Below are positions 1 to 6,608 of a DNA stretch of 35,814 bases, one piece after another. This DNA comes from Candidatus Cloacimonadota bacterium. Its GTDB lineage: Bacteria > Cloacimonadota > Cloacimonadia > Cloacimonadales > TCS61. The position numbers were made by a program, and so were the translations under genes. The notes under the pieces were generated by a model. The model ran no database searches. It was not told the DNA's origin and worked only from the letters and a program-made list of their open reading frames with translations. Every line of letters starts with the position of its first letter. Position 1 is the first letter of the stretch. The stretch is taken from assembly GCA_021157645.1 (NCBI GenBank), contig JAGGWC010000105.1, positions 1 through 35,814 of the forward strand, in the 5' to 3' direction.

Positions 1-1
1 A

Positions 2-1246
2 TTAAGTGTAGAATATTATCCTAATAAAATTGTAAATAGGAAAAAACAAGAAGAAAAAATTCAAAATTCTGTTATTACTCCACTAATGAAAAATAGTTAT
101 GTTTCACATTTATATATTTACGGACCAAGTGGTTCTGGTAAGACATTTGTTACAAGAAAGATATTTGAGAAACATTATGAAGAAATTAAGAAACGTCAGC
201 CAACTTATGAATATGTTTATGTTTGTGGATTATTTGCTAATAGTGAACATTCTTTTTATATCTCAGTATTAAAACAATTAAGTAAGTATTTTCCTATTGA
301 AATTAATGGAAGAAAATATAATAAAATAAATCAAACAGGTTGGTCAAATCAGCAATTTAGAGAAGTATTATATGAACTTGTTGAAAATAATAATCTTAAA
401 TTAGTAATAGTGTTTGATGAAATAGATAAATTAATTCTTAGAGAAAAAGATGATATGTTTTTAAATAGTATGTTTAGAGTTAATTCTGAAAGATTAAGAG
501 CTGGAAAGATTCATTTTATAGCAATTTCAAATTCTTTAGAAGTTGAGAAATATTTTGGGACTTCTCTTAATTCGATAATGGGAGGATGTAAACTTCACTT
601 TCCAGGATATTCTGTACAAGATATATTTGATATACTTCACTTATTTGCTAAAGAATCTCTCAAAGAAGGTACCTATTCTGACGAAATACTATCTAAAATA
701 GCAGAATATAGTGGTTCATTCTCTCAAGATGTAAGACGAGCAATAGGTATACTTAAGATTTCAGCAGAAAATGCAGTAGATAAGATAACTGAAGAAGATG
801 TAAATAAAGGAATAGAAGAATATGATAAAGAAACTATAAAAACAGAACTTCTTTCTATGAATTATCATCAGCAAAAAATAATATATAGCATTGCTTATTT
901 ATCTATACAAATTCATGAACAACAAAAAGAAAAACAATATAAAATTATTCCATCTCCTGAATCTGAAGTTACTGTAAATAATGTATATAATATTTATTCT
1001 CGTATTTGTAATAGTACAAGTGTGTCCCCAAAATCTAAAAGTACAGTTAGGAGAATATTAGAAGATTTTAAACAAAAAGGATTCATAAATATGCAATTAA
1101 AATATTTTGGAAGACGAGGAGTATCTACAGTTATTTCTTTGAATAGTTCAGAAGAGTTGATTGTAGAAATATTAGATAGTGATGAGAACAAATGGGGAGA
1201 GATATTAAAGAAACAAGAAGAGATAGAAGAAAATGAGCGTATTTGA
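2..1246 (+). CDS. orc1: Orc1/Cdc6-family AAA+ replication initiator, 5' end probably outside the window
   Basis: Walker A GPSGSGKT, Walker B LVIVFDEIDKL, FIAISNS sensor-like strand, winged-helix-like C-terminal part. The frame of the listed ORF (ATG 86) stays open back to nt 2 (LSVEYYPNKIVNRKKQEEKIQNSVITPL), which resembles the usual Orc1/Cdc6 lead-in before the P-loop. Confidence 0.85.
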   Translation, partial: LSVEYYPNKIVNRKKQEEKIQNSVITPLMKNSYVSHLYIYGPSGSGKTFVTRKIFEKHYEEIKKRQPTYEYVYVCGLFANSEHSFYISVLKQLSKYFPIEINGRKYNKINQTGWSNQQFREVLYELVENNNLKLVIVFDEIDKLILREKDDMFLNSMFRVNSERLRAGKIHFIAISNSLEVEKYFGTSLNSIMGGCKLHFPGYSVQDIFDILHLFAKESLKEGTYSDEILSKIAEYSGSFSQDVRRAIGILKISAENAVDKITEEDVNKGIEEYDKETIKTELLSMNYHQQKIIYSIAYLSIQIHEQQKEKQYKIIPSPESEVTVNNVYNIYSRICNSTSVSPKSKSTVRRILEDFKQKGFINMQLKYFGRRGVSTVISLNSSEELIVEILDSDENKWGEILKKQEEIEENERI

Positions 1247-1260
1247 GGTGAATAATAAGA

Positions 1261-1626
1261 ATGTATGATGAGTTAATAAATAATAGAAATCAATTAGCAG
1301 AAATAAGAAGGTACATAGATGTGTATATGAAAAAAATAGGAACACTTCAAGTACGTTGCCCAAAATGTGGAACAGTACAAGCTACAACTACGCCTAGAGA
1401 AAAAGTATGTATATCTTGTCATAAAACATTTAGTATCTTTCCTACAAGACAGTCAGCCAGAATCGCAGATACAGACGCAATGAAAGCAAGAAGACCTTTA
1501 ATTATAAATTTAGCAGTATGGGTTAGGAGAGAAAGACAAAAATTAATTGTTAAGAGAAAAATAGAAAATAGAATAAAATTTGTTCAAGAAAAGAACAAAG
1601 AATATGCTAGAAAATATGGAGAGTAA
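1261..1626 (+). CDS. zinc-ribbon protein (121 aa) with basic C-terminal half
   Basis: CPKC-x13-CISC four-Cys ribbon. GAGGTGA SD at 1245-1251. Confidence 0.7.
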   Translation: MYDELINNRNQLAEIRRYIDVYMKKIGTLQVRCPKCGTVQATTTPREKVCISCHKTFSIFPTRQSARIADTDAMKARRPLIINLAVWVRRERQKLIVKRKIENRIKFVQEKNKEYARKYGE

Positions 1627-1640
1627 TTAAAATATAAAAG

Positions 1641-1799
1641 ATGAGAGAAATACTGAAGTTCAAAAAAGAGCTAATTGAAGCAATGATTAAAAGAGAAGTA
1701 ATCCCTTTTAAGAAAAGAGTTGACAGATTAATGGCTTCAGCTAATAATCTAACAGAAGAAAAACGGAAGGAAATATTAGATGAAATTAAAGATGAATAA
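1641..1799 (+). CDS. small helical protein (52 aa), not in ORF track
   Basis: ATG 1641 to TAA 1797-1799, read by hand (MREILKFKKELIEAMIKREVIPFKKRVDRLMASANNLTEEKRKEILDEIKDE). It fills an otherwise empty gap on the coding strand. Confidence 0.35.
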   Translation: MREILKFKKELIEAMIKREVIPFKKRVDRLMASANNLTEEKRKEILDEIKDE

Positions 1800-1900
1800 G
1801 TTAAAAGAAAAGATACACTATCTTGAAATTATTAAGTTAAGATTTGGAGGCACAACTAAGAGCTTAACAAAGCTTATAGAAGCATACAAAAAGAAAGAGA

Positions 1901-2779
1901 ATGAAAAAAGAAAATCAAACTAATGTCTTCTCAAGTATAGGAAGAATAGTAGCTGGAAGCTATTATGATATGCAAGAGATTAGAATATCTACATTAAATA
2001 GGATTAGAGATGTAATAAGAAAGAAAGCAGAAAACATTGGATTTAAAGAAGTTGAGAAAAAAAAGAAAAAGAAAACAAATATAGAAAAATATACTGACAA
2101 ACAATTAATAGAAATTCTTCCTAAGTTAGATTATACTAAAGAAGAAATAAATTACATTAAAAGATGTTTTGACTTGGCTGATGAAAGTACCAAACTAGAA
2201 AACAAATATAAAAGAGCTATGCTTGAATTTGTAAACAATGAACTAATATACACAGAGTTTTTAAAAAAGATTAAAGGTATTGGACCAGTATTATCTGCCA
2301 ATTTAATTAAAGAATTTGGCTATTGTGAAAATTATGACAATGTAGCTAAGTTATGGGCACATACAGGAAATCATGTAGTTGAAGGAATAGCTCCAAAAAA
2401 GAGAAAAGGAAAAGATATAACTTTTAGTCCAAGACTAAGAACACTTACTTGGAAATTAAGTGATTGTTTAATGAAAAGTAATCATGGAATTTATAGAGAT
2501 ATTTATGATAATGAAAAAGAGAAACAGCTTACAATAAAATATAAGCAAGGAGAGTTATTAAAGAAGTATGGAAAACCATACAAGAAAGAAGATGTAACTT
2601 TAAAGAAATTACACGCACATAATAGAGCCTTAAGAAAAATGAGAAAATTGTTCTTAGCTCATTACTGGGCTTGTGCAAGGGAATTAAAAGGTCTAGATAC
2701 AAGAGAACCATATGTAAAAGAAAAGCTAGGTCATAAAAATATAATCACATGGAAACAAGCAATTGTAAAGGAAAAATGA
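1901..2779 (+). CDS. HhH DNA-binding protein resembling the C-terminal Transposase_20 domain of IS110-family recombinases, no DEDD/RuvC-like domain visible
   Basis: LKKIKGIGPVLSANLIKEFGYCENYDNVAKLWAHTGN...RKGKDITFSPRLRTLTWKLSDCL follows the IPGIGp..aa.L.aEiG...F.....l.a..G...G...LR..l pattern. The N-terminal ~110 aa are Lys-rich/helical only. Confidence 0.45.
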   Translation: MKKENQTNVFSSIGRIVAGSYYDMQEIRISTLNRIRDVIRKKAENIGFKEVEKKKKKKTNIEKYTDKQLIEILPKLDYTKEEINYIKRCFDLADESTKLENKYKRAMLEFVNNELIYTEFLKKIKGIGPVLSANLIKEFGYCENYDNVAKLWAHTGNHVVEGIAPKKRKGKDITFSPRLRTLTWKLSDCLMKSNHGIYRDIYDNEKEKQLTIKYKQGELLKKYGKPYKKEDVTLKKLHAHNRALRKMRKLFLAHYWACARELKGLDTREPYVKEKLGHKNIITWKQAIVKEK

Positions 2780-2792
2780 ACTATTATATATA

Positions 2793-2972
2793 TGAAATCC
2801 ATCTAATTGGTGTGAACCGTCTCGAGGTTGAAACCCAAAAAAAGTATGTGAGCCAAAATTGTGATGAAAACCTCTACGTAATTGCGAACCATAGATTTTA
2901 TGAAGTTCATCAAATATTTGTGAACCACCATATATTTGAAATCCATTAACAAGATGTGAGTCAAAGAATTTA
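2793..2972. repeat. 5 x 36-bp phased array = ten 8-bp boxes on an exact 18-bp lattice (A box TGAAAyCC alternating with B box TGyGArCC)
   Basis: Unit starts are 2793, 2829, 2865, 2901 and 2937. A boxes: tgaaatcc, tgaaaccc, tgaaaacc, tgaagttc, tgaaatcc. B boxes at unit positions 19-26: tgtgaacc, tgtgagcc, tgcgaacc, tgtgaacc, tgtgagtc. A slipped sixth copy overlaps the next CDS. Confidence 0.8.
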
Positions 2973-2975
2973 AAA

Positions 2976-3290
2976 ATGAAAAAAAGAACAAGATGTGACA
3001 TATGTGGAAAGAGATTAAGAAAGATATACTTTATAGAAGACTTAGGAGTATGCTCTACTTGCTATAGACGATATGGACACAACATAGGAGAAATTCCACC
3101 ATATAAACAAGGAAAGCATTTTTCCAGCAAGATATTTAGAGACTTTTGGACATATTCTCATGAAAAGTTACTCAATAAAGTGTTTACACATACAGATAGA
3201 ATAAGAAATAAAATAGAAGCAAGATATTACTATAATAAACGTAAAGAGAAAAAGAGCAATACTGATAATGAGAGAAAGTCGTTAAGCTAA
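2976..3290 (+). CDS. zinc-finger protein (104 aa), basic
   Basis: CDIC-x15-CSTC. Lys/Arg-rich C-terminus. Confidence 0.65.
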   Translation: MKKRTRCDICGKRLRKIYFIEDLGVCSTCYRRYGHNIGEIPPYKQGKHFSSKIFRDFWTYSHEKLLNKVFTHTDRIRNKIEARYYYNKRKEKKSNTDNERKSLS

Positions 3291-3438
3291 TTAGTTTGGT
3301 GTAGCGTCCCTTGGGAACGTAAGCTAAACTTGCAGAAATGCGCTGTTTAACGACCTCTAAACCAAAATGAAAAAATATATAAATCAGTAATGCTTATATA
3401 AGACCCATAAAAAGTTAAAATAACATATTACATTCAAA

Positions 3439-3612
3439 ATGCAAGAAAGAACATATGCGGTAAAATGCCCACATTGTGGAACTAAAAGAATTGTACGTGA
3501 AGCAAATACTTCTAAGTTGATTAAATGTTATCATTGTAATCTAGAAGCACCTTTTAAGTATTGGATAATTTTAGGAACATATTTAGAAGGTATTCCAGAA
3601 GAAGTAGATTAA
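3439..3612 (+). CDS. zinc-ribbon mini-protein (57 aa), not in ORF track
   Basis: ATG 3439 to TAA 3610-3612, read by hand: MQERTYAVKCPHCGTKRIVREANTSKLIKCYHCNLEAPF... with CPHC-x16-CYHC. Confidence 0.5.
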   Translation: MQERTYAVKCPHCGTKRIVREANTSKLIKCYHCNLEAPFKYWIILGTYLEGIPEEVD

Positions 3613-3629
3613 AGTTAAAGGTGAAAAAA

Positions 3630-3968
3630 ATGAATATTGAAGAAGAAAAAGAAAGATTAAATAAATTATATAACAAAACAGAAACAATACCACCAGAAAA
3701 ACCAAGAGTTCAACAACAACCATTTCCACAACAGCAATATTACCCACCGCAACCAACATATCCAGTACAACAGCCAATATATCCTCCACAATATCCTAGA
3801 GAACTAGATTATGGGAGAAGTTCAAATTTAAGAGATATTCTTAAACTTGCAGACAGAATTGAAGAAAACAAAAGAATTAATCAAAAGTGGTTTAAGATTA
3901 TAGCAGCATTAGTATTCTTAGTTATTTTATTGATATTAATAAGTACTAACATGCTTCCTTTAGGATAG
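3630..3968 (+). CDS. Pro/Gln-rich tail-anchored membrane protein (112 aa)
   Basis: In-frame ATG 3630 follows AGGTGA (3619-3624). The listed start 3561 would overlap the zinc-ribbon ORF. PQ-rich tract QQQPFPQQQYYPPQPTYPVQQPIYPPQYP. C-terminal TM IIAALVFLVILLILIS. Confidence 0.6.
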   Translation: MNIEEEKERLNKLYNKTETIPPEKPRVQQQPFPQQQYYPPQPTYPVQQPIYPPQYPRELDYGRSSNLRDILKLADRIEENKRINQKWFKIIAALVFLVILLILISTNMLPLG

Positions 3969-3976
3969 AGGTAAAA

Positions 3977-4276
3977 ATGGATAATAAAGATAAGTTAGAA
4001 AAAATAAAAAAAGAAATAAAAGAATTAGATACAGACACCATTTTAGTTAAACCAACTACATTTGATGAAGTTAAAATAGGTGATAAAGTATTTGGAACAT
4101 ATGATGCCTATTTTGGAGAAACTGTATTTATAGGTTTTGTTTTAAATAAAAGAAGACAATTAATTACAAGAAGACAACTGTTCATTCTTTCACCTATAGA
4201 TAATATAGACACAGGTATGACATATTTTGTAGCATACAAAGATAATATCATTAAATTATATAAATTATGCAAATAA
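3977..4276 (+). CDS. hypothetical protein (99 aa)
   Basis: ORF track. ATG sits inside the AGAGGTAAAAATGG initiation cassette. No motif recognised. Confidence 0.55.
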   Translation: MDNKDKLEKIKKEIKELDTDTILVKPTTFDEVKIGDKVFGTYDAYFGETVFIGFVLNKRRQLITRRQLFILSPIDNIDTGMTYFVAYKDNIIKLYKLCK

Positions 4277-4587
4277 ATTTTGATAAATGGAAAGGTAAGA
4301 CTGCAAAGATAGATACCTGGCACATATTCCAACGAACTACTAAATTAAGACCAAAGCCAACATGGTTTTGTAAATTACATACAGAAGTACTAGAAATAGT
4401 TGATGGAAATGAAATTACAGCATCTCGTTTATTTCAATTACGAACACCCAACTCATGGTCTATAACTTCCAACTTACAAAAAGTACTTAACCATTATAAA
4501 GTTAAAACAATAAAAGAACTTATTGGAAAAGAAGTGATAATAACTGTTAAAGAAAACCCTAAGTGGTTGGAGTGGAAAGTGAAATGA
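4267..4587 (+). CDS. hypothetical protein (106 aa)
   Basis: ORF track. Overlaps the upstream stop by 10 nt. No motif recognised. Confidence 0.55.
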   Translation: MQINFDKWKGKTAKIDTWHIFQRTTKLRPKPTWFCKLHTEVLEIVDGNEITASRLFQLRTPNSWSITSNLQKVLNHYKVKTIKELIGKEVIITVKENPKWLEWKVK

Positions 4588-5474
4588 GCAAGAAGTGGAT
4601 AATATTAATAGTAGCAGTATTAATAATTGGTGTAATTTATTATAAGCCAGAAATAGTAGATGCACCTATTGGAAATTCCATTGATTCTCTTACGAACAAA
4701 TTATTTAAATTCTTAGACTACAGAAATGATATTCCTGAAAATACAACTCCACACAATTATACTTACATACCTAAAAAAACCACAGAACCAATAAGTATTG
4801 CTTGTTGGAATTTACAGGCATTTGGGAAAACTAAAGCATCAAATGATAATTTATTATATTATTATGCAAACAAATTAGACGATTATGATATTTTTGTAGT
4901 TCAAGAAATAAGAGATTCTTCAGGAGAAGCTATTGAAAAGTTAGCTTCAAAATTACCAACTTATAATTATATTATAACAAAGAGGGCAGGAAGTACAAGT
5001 GTTAAAGAGCAAGAAGCATTATTTTATAATTCAAGGGTAAATCTCACTCAGTATACAGACTGGACAGACATTAAAGCTAGTGAATTTGAAAGACCTCCAT
5101 TAGAAGCAAGGTTCAAAGCAGATAACTGGACATTTACAATTTATTCTCTTCATATAGACCCAGACAATGCTGAAAGAGAAATGATTTATCTTGAAAGAAT
5201 GGCTTCGAATAATATTGGAGACACAATTGTAATTGGAGATTTAAATGCAGATTATCCTTACTATCCTGAAAAAAAGAACTTTTTAGATTGGAATTGGGTT
5301 ATAAATGATTCTGTAGATACTACAGTTTCAGATATTGATGCTACATATGATAGAATAATTATAGATAAAGAAGCTGAAAATAATTTAATCTCTGGAGGGG
5401 TTATGACAGATGTTATAAGTAGCCAGAGCGACCATTATTTAATTTATGCTACATTCAACTCAAAAGTACCATAA
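4584..5474 (+). CDS. membrane-anchored/secreted DNase I-family (EEP superfamily) nuclease
   Basis: ATGA-coupled ATG 4584 (listed start 4563 is GTG). N-terminal TM WIILIVAVLIIGVIYY. DNase I-like motif series: IACWNLQAFGKTKASN, YDIFVVQEIRDS, IYSLHIDP, IGDLNADYPY, DTTVSDIDATYDRIII, SDHYLIYATF. Confidence 0.8.
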   Translation: MSKKWIILIVAVLIIGVIYYKPEIVDAPIGNSIDSLTNKLFKFLDYRNDIPENTTPHNYTYIPKKTTEPISIACWNLQAFGKTKASNDNLLYYYANKLDDYDIFVVQEIRDSSGEAIEKLASKLPTYNYIITKRAGSTSVKEQEALFYNSRVNLTQYTDWTDIKASEFERPPLEARFKADNWTFTIYSLHIDPDNAEREMIYLERMASNNIGDTIVIGDLNADYPYYPEKKNFLDWNWVINDSVDTTVSDIDATYDRIIIDKEAENNLISGGVMTDVISSQSDHYLIYATFNSKVP

Positions 5475-5490
5475 TGAATATATATTCAAA

Positions 5491-5577
5491 ATGAAAAATA
5501 TAAGTAAATTAGTTTGGGGAATAATAACATTAGAAATAATTGTAGGCATATTGCTTATATTCCTCATTTCAAAATGA
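5491..5577 (+). CDS. 28-aa single-TM micro-protein, not in ORF track
   Basis: MKNISKLVWGIITLEIIVGILLIFLISK. Its TGA overlaps the next ATG (ATGA at 5574-5577). Confidence 0.3.
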   Translation: MKNISKLVWGIITLEIIVGILLIFLISK

Positions 5578-5699
5578 ATGAAGAAGAAATAAAATATTTA
5601 AAAGAACACCCAAAAGAATATTGGAAAGAATGTTTAAAATTAAGAAAAATAGGTAGAGAAAAAGCAAAAGAAATTACTGAAGAAGGAAAAAATGAATAA
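5574..5699 (+). CDS. 41-aa charged helical micro-protein
   Basis: In-frame ATG 5574, ATGA-coupled to the upstream micro-ORF. The listed start 5514 overlaps that micro-ORF. Confidence 0.35.
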   Translation: MNEEEIKYLKEHPKEYWKECLKLRKIGREKAKEITEEGKNE

Positions 5700-5841
5700 A
5701 ACATTAAATACAAAAGATGAAGAAAGTATGTATAATGCTTTTGTTAAAATAGGTCAAATTGAAATTGAAATTCATAGGCATAAAAAGAGAATAGAAGAAT
5801 TAGAAAAAAGAAAATCAGATTTAATTAAAATTTACAAGTAA
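5692..5841 (+). CDS. 49-aa coiled-coil-like micro-protein, not in ORF track
   Basis: ATG 5692 to TAA 5839-5841, read by hand (MNKTLNTKDEESMYNAFVKIGQIEIEIHRHKKRIEELEKRKSDLIKIYK). It ends 1 nt before the next ATG. Confidence 0.35.
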   Translation: MNKTLNTKDEESMYNAFVKIGQIEIEIHRHKKRIEELEKRKSDLIKIYK

Positions 5842-5842
5842 A

Positions 5843-6289
5843 ATGAGATTAATACATCAAGCAGCGAAGGTAGTCCTAGCAGTACAAGCTAAGACAGTAA
5901 TTAATCCTAAGACTCAAAGAGAGCTATTTAAATGGACTGGAAAGAAACTCCCACCATTATCTTATTTTAGATTTAGACCATATATTATCCCAGCATTCCA
6001 GAGCAATAAACCAATTAATATTTCATTAATAGAAGATTATAGAGATTTAAGAAAAGAGTTTGGATTGATAATAGTTTCAAAACCAGTTAGGAATAAATGG
6101 TTTAAGAATCAAAAAGTTAGATATATCTTAACATCAAAAAAATTACCAAGAGGATATGTATGTACATCAATACCTAGAGATGTAAAAGTACAATATGATA
6201 AAGCAAATAATAGAATAAGATTAGTAGGTCGAAATGTATCTCCAAGTGCTATAGGTCCTTGGGTATATTTAGACGAGGAGGAAATATAA
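5843..6289 (+). CDS. hypothetical basic protein (148 aa)
   Basis: ORF track. No motif recognised. Confidence 0.55.
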   Translation: MRLIHQAAKVVLAVQAKTVINPKTQRELFKWTGKKLPPLSYFRFRPYIIPAFQSNKPINISLIEDYRDLRKEFGLIIVSKPVRNKWFKNQKVRYILTSKKLPRGYVCTSIPRDVKVQYDKANNRIRLVGRNVSPSAIGPWVYLDEEEI

Positions 6290-6290
6290 A

Positions 6291-6608
6291 ATGAAAGCAA
6301 TATTATACATTGAAAATGAAGATGAATTAAAGAAAGTTGTAAAGTTTTTAGAAGAAGATAAAGTATTTGTAAAAGAACCTAAAGATAATCCTAAAACTAA
6401 ACCTAAAGATAAACTTAAAAAATCTAATGCTGGAAGGAAGAGCGTGGGTGAAATAGTTAAAGAATGGTTTGAAGTAAATAAGCCAATAGAATTTCAAATT
6501 CCAGCAGTAGCAGATATGCTAGGATTAAGTTCTCCTACTATTGCTAAATACTTCCCTAGAAAAGAATACAGGTATATTGAATCTAGAAGGACATGGGTTA
6601 GAAGATGA
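6291..6608 (+). CDS. helix-turn-helix DNA-binding protein (105 aa)
   Basis: C-terminal HTH-like IPAVADMLGLSSPTIAKYF after a Lys-rich linker. ATGA-coupled to the downstream ATPase gene. Confidence 0.55.
   Translation: MKAILYIENEDELKKVVKFLEEDKVFVKEPKDNPKTKPKDKLKKSNAGRKSVGEIVKEWFEVNKPIEFQIPAVADMLGLSSPTIAKYFPRKEYRYIESRRTWVRR

Noticed and set aside
1792-1923. 43-aa ORF MNKLKEKIHYLEIIKLRFGG... bridging 1641..1799 and 1901..2779
   Set aside because: It overlaps both neighbours (8 nt and 23 nt) and has no SD. It could be real, but the evidence is only an open frame in an A-rich stretch.
2793-2972. CRISPR array interpretation of the 36-bp array, and likewise of the 20-bp repeats at 9736-9806
   Set aside because: Periods of 36 and 20 bp are far too short for repeat plus spacer. 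The repeats are degenerate 8-bp boxes in one case and contiguous units with no spacers in the other. No cas genes are present.
1901-2972. Calling this an intact IS110/IS1111 insertion sequence
   Set aside because: No DEDD/RuvC-like domain is visible in the protein and no terminal repeats or target duplication were seen. Only the C-terminal HhH domain pattern is present.
2749-2991. The + ORF 2749..2949 and the second minus ORF 2803..2991 as explanations of the periodic array
   Set aside because: The + frame ends before the last conserved box, and box differences are non-synonymous in it. The 2803..2991 frame shows no periodic peptide. Only the 2726..3001 minus frame is kept as a live alternative; see the finding on the array.
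3291-3368. tRNA or tRNA fragment (att site) in the GC-rich island
   Set aside because: There is no T-loop GTTCRANYC-type motif, no proper D-arm or anticodon-arm pairing, and no acceptor-stem complementarity of tRNA type. No other tRNA-like sequence was noticed in the window.
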